Positions 17,011 to 26,609 of a stretch of 64,000 nucleotides of DNA are shown one piece after another. The position numbers and the translations under genes were made by a program. Under the pieces are notes generated by a model. That model had not been told where the DNA came from. It saw only the letters and a program-made list of their open reading frames with translations, and did no database searches. Numbering within the stretch: the first letter of the stretch is position 1; each line of letters opens with the position of its first letter. Source of the stretch: an uncultured Candidatus Binatia bacterium (GTDB taxonomy: Bacteria; Desulfobacterota; Binatia; UBA9968; JAJDTQ01); assembly GCA_965242525.1 (NCBI GenBank), contig OZ251459.1, forward strand, positions 4,000,001 through 4,064,000, written 5' to 3'.

Positions 17011-17811
17011 ATGGTGACCTCCGGCTGGACGATCCCGTCCGCGCTGGCCGATTTCCGCAGCATCGAGAGCGCCTTGCGCGGCAGGCGGGCGGCGGTGTTC
17101 CTCGACTACGACGGCACCCTGACGCCCATCGTGGACACCCCCGAGCAGGCGGCGCTTTCCGACGAGATGCGGGACGCGCTCCGGGAGCTGGGCTGCGTCT
17201 GCAGCGCCGCCATCGTGAGCGGGCGCGCGCGCGAGGACGTGCAGGAACGGGTCCGGCTCGACCGGCTCTTCTACGCCGGCGCCCACGGCTTCGATATCGT
17301 CGGGCCCGCGGGTTCCGGCATCCGCCACGAGGTGGGACGGGAGGTCCTGCCGGTCATGGAGGCGCTGCACCGGCGGCTGCGCGCCGCCCTCGCCCATGTC
17401 CCCGGCCTGTTGCTGGAGACCAAGGGCTACTCCGTGGCGGTCCACTACCGGCTTGCGGACGAGGCCGCAGCGCCCGGGGTGGAGGCGGTGGTGGACGACC
17501 TGCTGAAGGACCAGAGCGCCCTGCGCAAGACCCGCGGGAAGAAGGTGTTCGAGATCCGGCCCCGGCTCGACTGGCACAAGGGCAGGGCGGTGGAGTGGAT
17601 CCTCGGCGCCCTGGGCCGAGGCCACGCCCCCGTATATCTCGGCGACGACGCCACGGACGAGGACGGCTTCCGGGCCGTGGCCGCGGCCGGGGCGGGCATC
17701 CTGGTGGCGGACCGGCCCCGCGCCACCGCCGCGGGCTACCGGCTGGAGGACCACCTGGAAGTGGGCCGTTTCCTCCGTCGTCTGGCCCGGACCCTCCATG
17801 CGCCCGCGTAG
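17011..17811 (+). CDS. otsB: trehalose-6-phosphate phosphatase (HAD)
   Basis: [52 protein letters not shown]. Confidence 0.92.
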   Translation: MVTSGWTIPSALADFRSIESALRGRRAAVFLDYDGTLTPIVDTPEQAALSDEMRDALRELGCVCSAAIVSGRAREDVQERVRLDRLFYAGAHGFDIVGPAGSGIRHEVGREVLPVMEALHRRLRAALAHVPGLLLETKGYSVAVHYRLADEAAAPGVEAVVDDLLKDQSALRKTRGKKVFEIRPRLDWHKGRAVEWILGALGRGHAPVYLGDDATDEDGFRAVAAAGAGILVADRPRATAAGYRLEDHLEVGRFLRRLARTLHAPA

Positions 17812-17871
17812 CCCGTCGGCGCCCATGCCTTCCGCCCGGCGTTCCCCCGGACGGACGCTCGCGGAACCCTG

Positions 17872-19104
17872 ATGGCGGACCCGCGCGAACTTTGGTGGAG
17901 CCGGCTCCGGGCCGCGGGAATGCCGGGGGTCCCGGAGGAGTTCTCGGTGACGTTCGCGCACCAGGAAATCCCCGCCCGGGCGCTGGCCGAGATCGACGAC
18001 TTCATCCGCGTCTTCGAGGACGTGACCACGAGACCCGCGTGGCGGGAGAACGTGATCCGCTGGTCCGGCCGCGGCCTGCCCGCGGCGCGGCCGGAGACCT
18101 GCTTCTTCAGCGCCTGGGACTTCCATCTGCCGCCGGACGGACCGTGGCAGGTCATCGAGTTCAACGACAACGGGTCCGGCCTGCTGTACGCCGGCCTCGT
18201 CAACGAGTCCTTCCACGACCTACTGGAGCCGTCCCGGAAGGCCGCCCTCGAAGCGCCGCCTTCGTCCGCGGAGCTGGGGCGGCGCGTCCGGCGGATGGTC
18301 CGGGGGGAGGCCGCGGCGTTCTTCGGGGCCGCGCCCGACGGAGTGTTCCTGGTCCTCGACGAGCCCGAATCCCTGGAGCGGGGCAAGTTCCTGGGCGAGA
18401 TGGAGATGCTGCGGGACCTCCTGGGCGAGGACGGCTGGACGGCGCGGGTGGGCTCCACCGCGGAGTTGCGCTGGAGCCGCGGGCGCCTGCTCCACGACGG
18501 GGCGCCGGTGTCGTTCGTCGTGAACCGTTCCACGGACTTCTTCCTGGAGAGAGAGGCCGCGGCCCCGCTGCGGCAGGCGTTCCTGGACGGCGGGACGTAC
18601 GTCGCGCCCAACCCCTTCACCTACGCCACCCGCAGCGACAAGCGGCTGCTGGAATACCTGTCGCTGCCCCGGTGGGACGAGACCCTCGGCATCGACGCCC
18701 GGGAGCGCGAGGTCCTGGGCCGGCACGTGCCCGAGACCCGCCTGCTCCGGCCCGACAACGTGGAGGCCCTGGCGGACCGCAAGGACGAGTTCGTGTTCAA
18801 GCCCGCCCACAGCCACGCCAGCCGGGGGTTCCTCCCCAGCGCGAAGGTGGGGCGTTCCCGGCTGCGGCGGCTGGTGCGGAAGGGGGAGGGTTACGTGGCC
18901 CAGCGGAAGGCGCCGCGCTCCCGGGCGTTCCTCGAAGACGGCTCGCAGGTGTGGGCGGACCTGCGCGTGTGGGCGTACCGGGGCGAGCGGGTGCTCCTCT
19001 CGGGGCGGTGCTCGGTGGACCCGGACTCGCTGGACCTGAGCCCCCCCGCGGGATGGCTCCCCACCTTCGCCGCCCGCTCCCGGCAGCCCGGCGACGGGAG
19101 TTGA
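17872..19104 (+). CDS. circularly permuted ATP-grasp / glutathionylspermidine-synthase-like protein
   Basis: DFHL...VIEFNDNG, PNP...SDKRLL, FVFKP...ASRG, YVAQ, DLRVWAY. Confidence 0.6.
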   Translation: MADPRELWWSRLRAAGMPGVPEEFSVTFAHQEIPARALAEIDDFIRVFEDVTTRPAWRENVIRWSGRGLPAARPETCFFSAWDFHLPPDGPWQVIEFNDNGSGLLYAGLVNESFHDLLEPSRKAALEAPPSSAELGRRVRRMVRGEAAAFFGAAPDGVFLVLDEPESLERGKFLGEMEMLRDLLGEDGWTARVGSTAELRWSRGRLLHDGAPVSFVVNRSTDFFLEREAAAPLRQAFLDGGTYVAPNPFTYATRSDKRLLEYLSLPRWDETLGIDAREREVLGRHVPETRLLRPDNVEALADRKDEFVFKPAHSHASRGFLPSAKVGRSRLRRLVRKGEGYVAQRKAPRSRAFLEDGSQVWADLRVWAYRGERVLLSGRCSVDPDSLDLSPPAGWLPTFAARSRQPGDGS

Positions 19105-19210
19105 CCGCCCCGCCGGCGTGTTCTACACGTTGGAGAATGTCCGAACCATCGGGACAGAGAGGATGGATTCCCTCGCCCCCGATGCGGGTCCCGGAACGGA
19201 GGAACGAGAC

Positions 19211-20914
19211 ATGATCGAAGTCAACGGGCTCACGGGGGCAGAGGCGTTGTTGCGCGTGCTGTCCGGCATGGGGGTGGAGCGGATCTTCGCGTCTCCGGGC
19301 TCGGAGTGGTCGCCGGTGTGGGAGGCGCTGGCCAAGCCGGACGAAAGCGCCCCGGCGTACCTGAGCTCCCGGCACGAAGAGGTGGCCCTGGCCATGGCCA
19401 GCGGCTACGCCAAGGCCACCGGCAAGCTCCCCGGGGTCATGATCCACACCACCGTGGGCGCGCTCCACGGCTCCATGGCGCTTCGCGGAGCGCTCCACGA
19501 GCAGGTGCCCATGGTGGTCTTCACCGGCGAGTCCATCGCCTACGGCGAGGACGACGGGCCCGACCCAGGCGGCCAATGGCTGCGCTTCCTCTCGGACGTG
19601 GGCGGCCCGGCGCGGCTGGTGGACCGTTGCGTGAAGTGGAGCTTCGGGGTCAACGACCGGCACATCCTGGTCTCCACTGTCCAGCGCGCCTGCCAGATGG
19701 CCATGAGCTCGCCCCGGGGTCCGGTGTTCGTGTCGCTGCCCATGGAGTACCTGTTCGACGAGGTGGTCCGGGAGACGCCCCTCAAGGCGTCCATGCCCTC
19801 CCTGCCGAGTCCCGACCCCAAGGGCATCGGCCAGTTGGCCGACCTGCTGCGGACGGCCGGGAACCCGGTCATCGTGAGCGAGAACGCCGGCAGGACCGCC
19901 GGCGTGGTCGAACGGATGGTGGAGCTGGCGGAGCTGCTCGACGCCCCGGTGGTGGAGACCCGGAGCAGCGGATACTTCAACTTCCCCCGGGACCACGAGC
20001 TGCACGGCGGCTTCGAGCCCGGGGAGTTCATGGCCGACGCGGACGCGGTCTGCCTCGTGGGCGCCACCCAGCCCTGGCATCCGGCGTCGGCGCCCGGGGC
20101 GCCGGGGGCCAAGGTGGCGGCGCTGGACGAGGACCCGCTGCACATGGATCTGCCCTACTGGGGGTTCCAGTTGGACCTGAGCATCGTGGGAGAGCTGGAA
20201 GCGTCCCTGACCGCGCTGCTGGAGCGGCTCCGCAAGGACGGCGCCAAGGGGAGCGCGGAACGGCGGGCGAGGGTGCGGGAGAAAGGCGCGGCGCGGCGGG
20301 CCGAGTGGGTCCGGCAGGCCCGGGGCCTGGAGTCCCGGGATCCCATCGACACCAACTGGGTCATGTACCAGCTCAACCGGGCCATCCCCGACGACGCGTA
20401 CCTGGTGGAGGAGACCATCACCCACCGCATGGCGGTGCACCAGTACCTGGACCGGGTGAGGCCCGGCAACTTCTTCAGCGGCTGCATCGGGGGCCTGGGC
20501 ACCGGCCTGGGCACGGCCCTCGGGGTCAAGGCGGCGCACCCGGACAAGCCGGTGGTGCTGGTCATCGGCGACGGCTCGTTCAACTACAACCCCGGCATCG
20601 CGGGCTTCGGTTTCGCCCAGGAGTTCCGCATGCCGCTGCTCGTCGTGCTCATGAACAACCACGGCTACAAGTCCATGAAGCGGGGCGTGCCGGCGTACTA
20701 TCCCGAAGGGTGGGCGGTGCGCGCCAACCAGTTCGTGGGCACGTCCATCGCGCCCGCGCCCGACTACGCGGCCATCGCCCGGGCCTTCGACGGCTTCGGC
20801 GAGCGCGTGCAGCGCCCGGACACGGTGGGACCGGCACTGGAGCGCGGCCTGCAGGCGGCCGGGGAAGGCCGGTTGGCGCTGGTGGACGTCTGGCTGGAGC
20901 CGGTCAACGACTGA
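19211..20914 (+). CDS. thiamine pyrophosphate-binding protein (acetolactate synthase / benzoylformate decarboxylase-like)
   Basis: RHEEVALAMASGYAK, GPVFVSLP, TPP motif GDGS...NN. Confidence 0.92.
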   Translation: MIEVNGLTGAEALLRVLSGMGVERIFASPGSEWSPVWEALAKPDESAPAYLSSRHEEVALAMASGYAKATGKLPGVMIHTTVGALHGSMALRGALHEQVPMVVFTGESIAYGEDDGPDPGGQWLRFLSDVGGPARLVDRCVKWSFGVNDRHILVSTVQRACQMAMSSPRGPVFVSLPMEYLFDEVVRETPLKASMPSLPSPDPKGIGQLADLLRTAGNPVIVSENAGRTAGVVERMVELAELLDAPVVETRSSGYFNFPRDHELHGGFEPGEFMADADAVCLVGATQPWHPASAPGAPGAKVAALDEDPLHMDLPYWGFQLDLSIVGELEASLTALLERLRKDGAKGSAERRARVREKGAARRAEWVRQARGLESRDPIDTNWVMYQLNRAIPDDAYLVEETITHRMAVHQYLDRVRPGNFFSGCIGGLGTGLGTALGVKAAHPDKPVVLVIGDGSFNYNPGIAGFGFAQEFRMPLLVVLMNNHGYKSMKRGVPAYYPEGWAVRANQFVGTSIAPAPDYAAIARAFDGFGERVQRPDTVGPALERGLQAAGEGRLALVDVWLEPVND

Positions 20915-21089
20915 CGCCCCCTTGCGGCCGCGGAAATGGCGCTTTCACCGCGGCGGACCTGGACGGGGTGATCGGATTCCCCCTCGCGGCCGCGGAAATG
21001 GCCTCGGGAACCTCTGGACCATCGAGACATCCGGGATGGGTTCGGCCGGTTGGCGCGAACGGGGAAGCCGCGGCCCGCGGCGCGGGACG

Positions 21090-22199
21090 GTGAGGCTCCA
21101 GGACCGGTATTCCGGGCTGGACCGGTTCCTGCATCGGCTGGCCTTCGGCGCGGTCGGGCTGCAGAAGGCCCTGGGCGACGTGGAGGACCGCCTCTACGCC
21201 GGGCGCTTGAGGGCCGTCGAGGTCCGCCGCCCGGTGTTCGTCACCGCCCTGCCGCGGGCGGGCACCACCCTGCTGCTGGAGCTGCTCGCCTCCCTGGGCG
21301 GGTTCGCCGCCCATACCTACCGGAACATGCCGTTCGTGCTGCTGCCGCTGCTGTGGCGCGCCCTGTGGTCCCGCTTCCACGTCCCCGGCGCGGTGGTCGA
21401 GCGGGCCCACGGCGACGGCGTGGCCGTGGGCCCGGACAGCCCCGAGGCGTTCGAGGAAGTCGTATGGCGCGCCTTCTGGCCGGAGAAGTACCTGCAAGAC
21501 CGTCTGGTCACGTGGACCGCGGCGGACCGGGACACCGCCGGGGACTTCGAGGCGTTCTTCCGTTCCCACGTGGCGAAGATCATCGCGTTGCAGGGGTTCC
21601 GGGAGCCCGCGGCCCCGCCGCGGGAAACCGTCCGCTACCTGTCGAAGAACAACGCCAACGTCTCCCGCATCCCCAAGCTTCTGGGGTTGTTCCCGGACGC
21701 CGTGGTCCTGGTCCCCTTCCGCAACCCCCTCGACCACGCGGCTTCCCTGCTGCGCCAGCACCTGCGTTTCCGGCAGGTGCACGCGGCCGAGCCCTTCACC
21801 CGGCGCTACATGGCGGACCTGGGCCACCTGGAGTTCGGCGCGAACCTTCGCCCCGTGGATTTCGACGGCTGGCTGCGGGACGACGACCTGGAACGCGCCC
21901 ATACCGCGGACTTCTGGCTACGGTACTGGTGCGCGGCCTACGGCCACGTCCTGGCCCATGCCGGCGGCCGCGCGGCCTTCGTGGACTACGATGCGCTATG
22001 CGCGGACCCGGCCCGGGTCCTTCGCAAGGTCGCCGCCGCCACCGGCGTCACCGGAGCGGCCGGCGCGGCGCTGGAGGCCGCGGCGCACCGGCTCCGCGCG
22101 CCCACCCGCTATCCGGCCGCTCCCGCGGTCGATCCGCGCATCCTCGACGAGGCCTCGGCGCTCCACCGGGAACTGCGGACCCGTTCGTCCGCGGGTTGA
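21090..22199 (+). CDS. sulfotransferase
   Basis: PAPS motif PVFVTALPRAGTTLL; RYLSKNN; FRNPLDHAAS; GTG start. Confidence 0.85.
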   Translation: MRLQDRYSGLDRFLHRLAFGAVGLQKALGDVEDRLYAGRLRAVEVRRPVFVTALPRAGTTLLLELLASLGGFAAHTYRNMPFVLLPLLWRALWSRFHVPGAVVERAHGDGVAVGPDSPEAFEEVVWRAFWPEKYLQDRLVTWTAADRDTAGDFEAFFRSHVAKIIALQGFREPAAPPRETVRYLSKNNANVSRIPKLLGLFPDAVVLVPFRNPLDHAASLLRQHLRFRQVHAAEPFTRRYMADLGHLEFGANLRPVDFDGWLRDDDLERAHTADFWLRYWCAAYGHVLAHAGGRAAFVDYDALCADPARVLRKVAAATGVTGAAGAALEAAAHRLRAPTRYPAAPAVDPRILDEASALHRELRTRSSAG

Positions 22200-22320
22200 C
22201 GAAACCTCCGAACCATCAGGACAGGGGGCGTGAGCGCGTCCTTCGACTTCGCTTGCGCTACGCTCAGGAGAACGGAGGTCTCCGCTACACTACGCTCAGG
22301 ACGAACGGGGATAGGGGCGG
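22200..22320. repeat. partial MITE-B/REP2 copy between convergent genes
   Basis: gaaacctccgaaccatc...gtccttcgacttcgcttgcgctacgctcagga...tacgctcaggacgaacgggg. Confidence 0.7.
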
Positions 22321-22337
22321 GGAGCGCGGGGCGCGGC

Positions 22338-23102
22338 TCAACCGGGCCTGCGCGTCCTGAGTTTCAGGTGGTGCAAGGCGTACGCGGCGAATATCCGCAA
22401 GGCCTGGACCCGGGGGATGCGCTCCACTTCGCGAAGGAGTTTCCACGAGTACAACGCCGCGGCGAGCTTGTTGGCGGAGAGGGAGCCGCGGCGCACGCGG
22501 TAGGAGACCAGAGGCTCGTTGACGCCCACCGCGGTCCTCTGCCCGGTGCGCAGCAATTCGAGCCAGTAGCCGTGGTCGTGGTTGAGCCTGATGAGCGGCA
22601 TCCGGACGGCGCCGCAGGTGGCCTTCCGCACCATTGCGGTGGAGCACGCGATGGGGTTGCGCCCGAGGATCGTATGGTACTGCACGGTGGCGGGCACGGG
22701 GACGACGGTGACGCGCCGCCGTTCCTCGCGCCTGCGTTCGTAGCCGGTGTAGCAGATGTCCGCCCGGCAGCCTTCCATGGCGGCGACCTGCTTCTCGGTC
22801 TTCTCGGGACGCCAGACGTCGTCGCTGTCGATGAACGCGATCATCTCGCCGCGGGCGTGGTCGAGCCCCACGTTGCGCGCGTAGGCGGGCCCCCGGTTGG
22901 CTTTCTGCGGCAGCAGGCGGATGCGGGGGTCCCGCCGTTGCCGCGCCGCGGCGACCGCGGCGGTGCCGTCGGTGGAGCCGTCATCGACCACGATCAGCTC
23001 CAGGTCCTCCACGGTCTGGGCCATGACCGAGTCCATGGACTCGGCGATGTAGCGCTCAGCGTTGAAGCTGGGCATGACGACGGACACGAGGGGAAGCGGC
23101 AT
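22338..23102 (-). CDS. glycosyltransferase family 2 (TuaG-like)
   Basis: LVSVVMPSFN, VVDDGSTD, ARNVG, AFIDSDDVW. Confidence 0.92.
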   Translation of the reverse strand: MPLPLVSVVMPSFNAERYIAESMDSVMAQTVEDLELIVVDDGSTDGTAAVAAARQRRDPRIRLLPQKANRGPAYARNVGLDHARGEMIAFIDSDDVWRPEKTEKQVAAMEGCRADICYTGYERRREERRRVTVVPVPATVQYHTILGRNPIACSTAMVRKATCGAVRMPLIRLNHDHGYWLELLRTGQRTAVGVNEPLVSYRVRRGSLSANKLAAALYSWKLLREVERIPRVQALRIFAAYALHHLKLRTRRPG

Positions 23103-23204
23103 GGGTCTGCCGCATGATGCCACGTCCCGCCGCCGGCCGCCACGTCCGGTTTCATTTATGATTCGACGTTCCCATGTGTTAGAACGGGGTGGAGCGCCCC
23201 TACC

Positions 23205-24743
23205 ATGATGCAGGTTGTCCACCAGACGGCGTCCGCGCCGTTTCCCAGGCCGACGGACGTCCCGTACAACGACTGGCGTCGGGTGGCGCTGCCGGCCCCG
23301 GAGGCGTTCACGCCCTCCCTGCCGGTCAGCGTGATCGTGCCGTGCTACCAGGTTCCGGCCGCCACCATCTCCATGACCCTGGCGGCGCTCGAAGGCCAGA
23401 CCTACCCGCGGGACCTGTTCGAGGTGGTGCTGGTGGACGACGGGTCCGAGCCGCCCCTGGCCCGGCCCCGCTCTCCGCTGAACGTCAGGGTCGTGCGCCA
23501 GGAGCGCCGGGGGTTCGGCATCGCCCGGGCGCGCAACACCGGCGTCGAGGCCGCGGCCCACGGCATCGTGCTCTTCCTCGACGCGGACATGCTGGCGGAG
23601 GCGGACTGGATGGCCGCCCACGCCCGTTGGCACCACGCCGTGTCCGACGTCCTGACCGTGGGGCTCCTCGCTTACGTGTCGGTGGACGGCATCGACGCGG
23701 AGCGGATACGGCGCCGCCCGGGAACCCTGGAGTCGTTGTGGTCCGGCCGGCCCGTGGACCCGTCCGACGAGGTCGAAGCCCACTTGGTCAGGACCGGCGA
23801 CCTGACCTCCCGGGCCGACGATCTCTTCTGGGTGGTGCGGGGCGGGAATTTCGGGATCGGCAAGGACTTCTACGGGCTGGTGGGCGGGAACGACGAGTCG
23901 TTCGCCCGGTGGGGCATGGAGGAGGCGGACCTCGCCTACCGGGCCCATGCCTACGGGGGGTTGCTGGCGCCGGTGCGGGAAGCCTTTGCCTGGCACCAGG
24001 GACGCCGCGGGGAGGGCAGGGAGGCCAAGGAGCGGAGCCTCCGGCTCCAGTACGCCAAGGCCGCCCATCGGATCCCCCACCGGGGTCTGCGCGGCAACCG
24101 CCCCGGCCGCATCTTCAGCGTGCCCCGGCACGTGGTGAGCGTCCCCGCGGACCGCGTCCCCGCGGACCGCGTCATCGAGACCGTGCTGGACGTCCTGGCC
24201 GACCGGGAGCACGACCTGGTGGTGCGGGTCGAGACGCTGGCGGACCGCGGCGAGGGGCCGGAGTTGCTCCGCGAGACCTTCGGTCCGGACCCGCGGGTGC
24301 GCGTGGGTTCCCCGGGATCGGCTCTGGACGAGTTCCCGACGGCGCCGTTCCACGTGGCGCTCCCCGCGGCCGCGGCCTTCCCCCGGGACTTGGTGTCGCG
24401 CCTGCGCGCCGGTCTGGGGGACGCGGCCACCGCCCATGCAGTGCTCCCCGACGGCGACCGGGTGTCCATCACCCGGACCTGGGCGCTCCATCGGGCGCGC
24501 CGGTGGTCGGCTCGTCCCTCGGACTTCGGCGAGGAACGGACGCTCTCGGCCGCGGCGTTGGGACTCGGCCGCCGGAGCGCAGGCCGCGGCGGCCGGCGGC
24601 GCGCGGTGGAGCCCGCGGGCTATCCCGCCCCATGGGAGCGCCTGCTGGACCGGGCCCGGCGCGTCCGCGGCCCGAAGGACGCCTGGGCGTTCTCCAAGTG
24701 GCTGGGGTTCCGGTCCGTCCGTTGGGTCGCCTGGCGGCGGTAG
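23205..24743 (+). CDS. glycosyltransferase family 2 with GT7-C-like segment
   Basis: SVIVPCY, VDDGS, ARNTG, FLDADM, GGNDESFARWGMEEADLAYR. Confidence 0.88.
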   Translation: MMQVVHQTASAPFPRPTDVPYNDWRRVALPAPEAFTPSLPVSVIVPCYQVPAATISMTLAALEGQTYPRDLFEVVLVDDGSEPPLARPRSPLNVRVVRQERRGFGIARARNTGVEAAAHGIVLFLDADMLAEADWMAAHARWHHAVSDVLTVGLLAYVSVDGIDAERIRRRPGTLESLWSGRPVDPSDEVEAHLVRTGDLTSRADDLFWVVRGGNFGIGKDFYGLVGGNDESFARWGMEEADLAYRAHAYGGLLAPVREAFAWHQGRRGEGREAKERSLRLQYAKAAHRIPHRGLRGNRPGRIFSVPRHVVSVPADRVPADRVIETVLDVLADREHDLVVRVETLADRGEGPELLRETFGPDPRVRVGSPGSALDEFPTAPFHVALPAAAAFPRDLVSRLRAGLGDAATAHAVLPDGDRVSITRTWALHRARRWSARPSDFGEERTLSAAALGLGRRSAGRGGRRRAVEPAGYPAPWERLLDRARRVRGPKDAWAFSKWLGFRSVRWVAWRR

Positions 24744-24791
24744 GCGTCGCCCCGGCGAGACCGGCCATGCCTCGCGGTAGATCCCCGCATG

Positions 24792-24925
24792 GGAGCTTCT
24801 GGACCATCGAGACATCCGGGATGGATTCCCTCACCCTGACCCTCCTGTCCCCCTTCGTCCTCGTCTCCGTTGGTCCCGGGCGTAGCGAAACGGGGTCGAA
24901 GGACGCGAAGCGGAGTCGAAGGACG
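24792..24925. repeat. degenerate MITE-B/REP2 copy with a nested REP2 variant
   Basis: ggagcttctggaccatcgagacatccgggatggattccc...gtagcgaaacggggtcgaaggacgcgaagcggagtcgaaggac. Confidence 0.65.
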
Positions 24926-24954
24926 GGACCCCGAGACCGTCGCGGAACGTTGCC

Positions 24955-26529
24955 GTGAACCCGCAGCCCAACACGGTCTGGTACAACGACTGGCGCCAGG
25001 TGGACGTGGAGCCGCCGGAAGCTTTCACTCCCACCCTGCCGGTGAGCGTCATCGTCTCCTACTATGACGCCCCGGAAGCCCTGGCGCTGACCCTTGCGTC
25101 CCTGGAAGGGCAGAGTTACCCGCGGGACCTGTTCGAGGTGGTGGTGGTGGACGACGGCTCGCCCACCCCGTTGGCTCCGCCATCGACGCCCTTCCACCTG
25201 AAGGTGGTGCGCCAGGAGGACCGGGGGTTCGGGTTGGCCAGGGGGCGGAACGCAGGCGCCCGGGCCGCCGCCCACGACATCCTCCTCTTCCTCGACGGCG
25301 ACCTGCTCGCGGAGTCGGGCTGGATCGCGGCCCACGCCCGCTGGCACCACGCGGTGGCCGACGCGGTGAGCGTGGGCTTCTACCCCAACGCGGATGTGGC
25401 CGGGCTGGACCCCGAGACCGTCCGGCGCCGCCCCGGGTCGCTGGAAGAGTTGCTTGCGGACCGTCCGACGGAGCCGCCCTGGCTGGAGCGGCACATGAGG
25501 ATGACCGGTTACATGACGTCCCGGGACGACGACCTGTTCCGGATGGTGGGCGGCGGAAACTGCGGCGTCCGCAGGCGGTTCTACGACTTGGTGGGGGGCT
25601 GCGACGAGTCCTTCGCGGGATGGGGGGGAGAGGACGTGGAGTTCGCCTACCGCGCCTACACCCGCGGCGGCCTGCTGGCGCCGGCCCCCGACGCCGTCGC
25701 CTGGCACCAAGGCCTCCTGGGAGGGAACTGGGAAGCCAAGTGGAAGGGCGGCGAAGTCCAGCACGCCAAGGCGGCGCACCTCATCGCCCATCCCGGTTTC
25801 CGCTGCGCCTCCCCGGGTCGAACCTTCACGGTGCCGCAGTACGTGGTGAGCATACCCCGGGACGGCGCGCCGGCCCACCGGGTCTTCGAGGCGGCCGCGC
25901 AGGTCCTGGCCGACCGGGTGCACGACCTGGTGGTGAGGGTCGAGACCCGGGAGGACGACGAGGGGTCCGCGTGGCTGCGCGAGCAGTTGGGTCCGGACCC
26001 GAGGGTGCGCATGGCGTCCGCGGGGTCCGCCCTCGACGAGTTTCCGGTGGCGTCGTTCCACGTCACGCTTCCGGCCACGGTCTCGTTCTCCGTGGACCTG
26101 GTGCATCGGCTGAGGGAAGGGTTGGGGGACGCGGTGGCCGCGGGTTCGGCGCTTCCCGACGGCCGCGCGGTGTCCATCACCCGCACCTGGGCGCTCCACC
26201 GGGCGCGCCGCACGGGGAAGCGGGTCGCCGACTTCGGCCGCGTGGTGGCCGCGCCGCCCGGGCGGCTCGGCCTCTCGACTCGCGGCCGGTGGGTGGTGGA
26301 TGGCCCGGCGGTCCGCATGAACTCGTGGAACCACCGCTCCAGGACGGAGTGGCTGCGTGTGGAGGCCCGGAGCATCGACGGTCCCCGGGGCGCGTGGCGC
26401 TTCCTCGAGTGGCTGGTCCTCGGCTCGCTCCGGGTGGCGGGCCGGTGGGGTCGGAGTCGGGGCGCGGCGCTCCTCGCCAAACGGACACGGGCCAAGGAAA
26501 CCCTGAACGATTGCTCCCGTTCGTCCTGA
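24955..26529 (+). CDS. glycosyltransferase family 2 (tandem paralog of 23205-24743)
   Basis: YNDWR.V...PEAFTP.LPVSVIV, VDDGS, FLDGD, GGCDESFAGWGGEDVEFAYR. Confidence 0.88.
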   Translation: MNPQPNTVWYNDWRQVDVEPPEAFTPTLPVSVIVSYYDAPEALALTLASLEGQSYPRDLFEVVVVDDGSPTPLAPPSTPFHLKVVRQEDRGFGLARGRNAGARAAAHDILLFLDGDLLAESGWIAAHARWHHAVADAVSVGFYPNADVAGLDPETVRRRPGSLEELLADRPTEPPWLERHMRMTGYMTSRDDDLFRMVGGGNCGVRRRFYDLVGGCDESFAGWGGEDVEFAYRAYTRGGLLAPAPDAVAWHQGLLGGNWEAKWKGGEVQHAKAAHLIAHPGFRCASPGRTFTVPQYVVSIPRDGAPAHRVFEAAAQVLADRVHDLVVRVETREDDEGSAWLREQLGPDPRVRMASAGSALDEFPVASFHVTLPATVSFSVDLVHRLREGLGDAVAAGSALPDGRAVSITRTWALHRARRTGKRVADFGRVVAAPPGRLGLSTRGRWVVDGPAVRMNSWNHRSRTEWLRVEARSIDGPRGAWRFLEWLVLGSLRVAGRWGRSRGAALLAKRTRAKETLNDCSRSS

Positions 26530-26600
26530 GCGTAGCGAAGTCGAAGGACATGTTTTCCCACAGGGAGAGGGAGTTCGAGTCGGAATCGACCAGAGGTTCC
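26496..26600. mobile_element. MITE-B copy, TSD CCAA, inserted in the last codons of the GT2 gene
   Basis: ccaa[ggaaaccctgaacgatt...gaccagaggttcc]ccaa. Confidence 0.82.
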
Positions 26601-26609
26601 CCAAGCCGG

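Noticed and set aside
20924-21005. Direct repeat gcggccgcggaaatggc as an operator (similar short pair at ~28017/28082)
   Set aside because: Two GC-rich copies only, with no regulator nearby, so no function can be supported.
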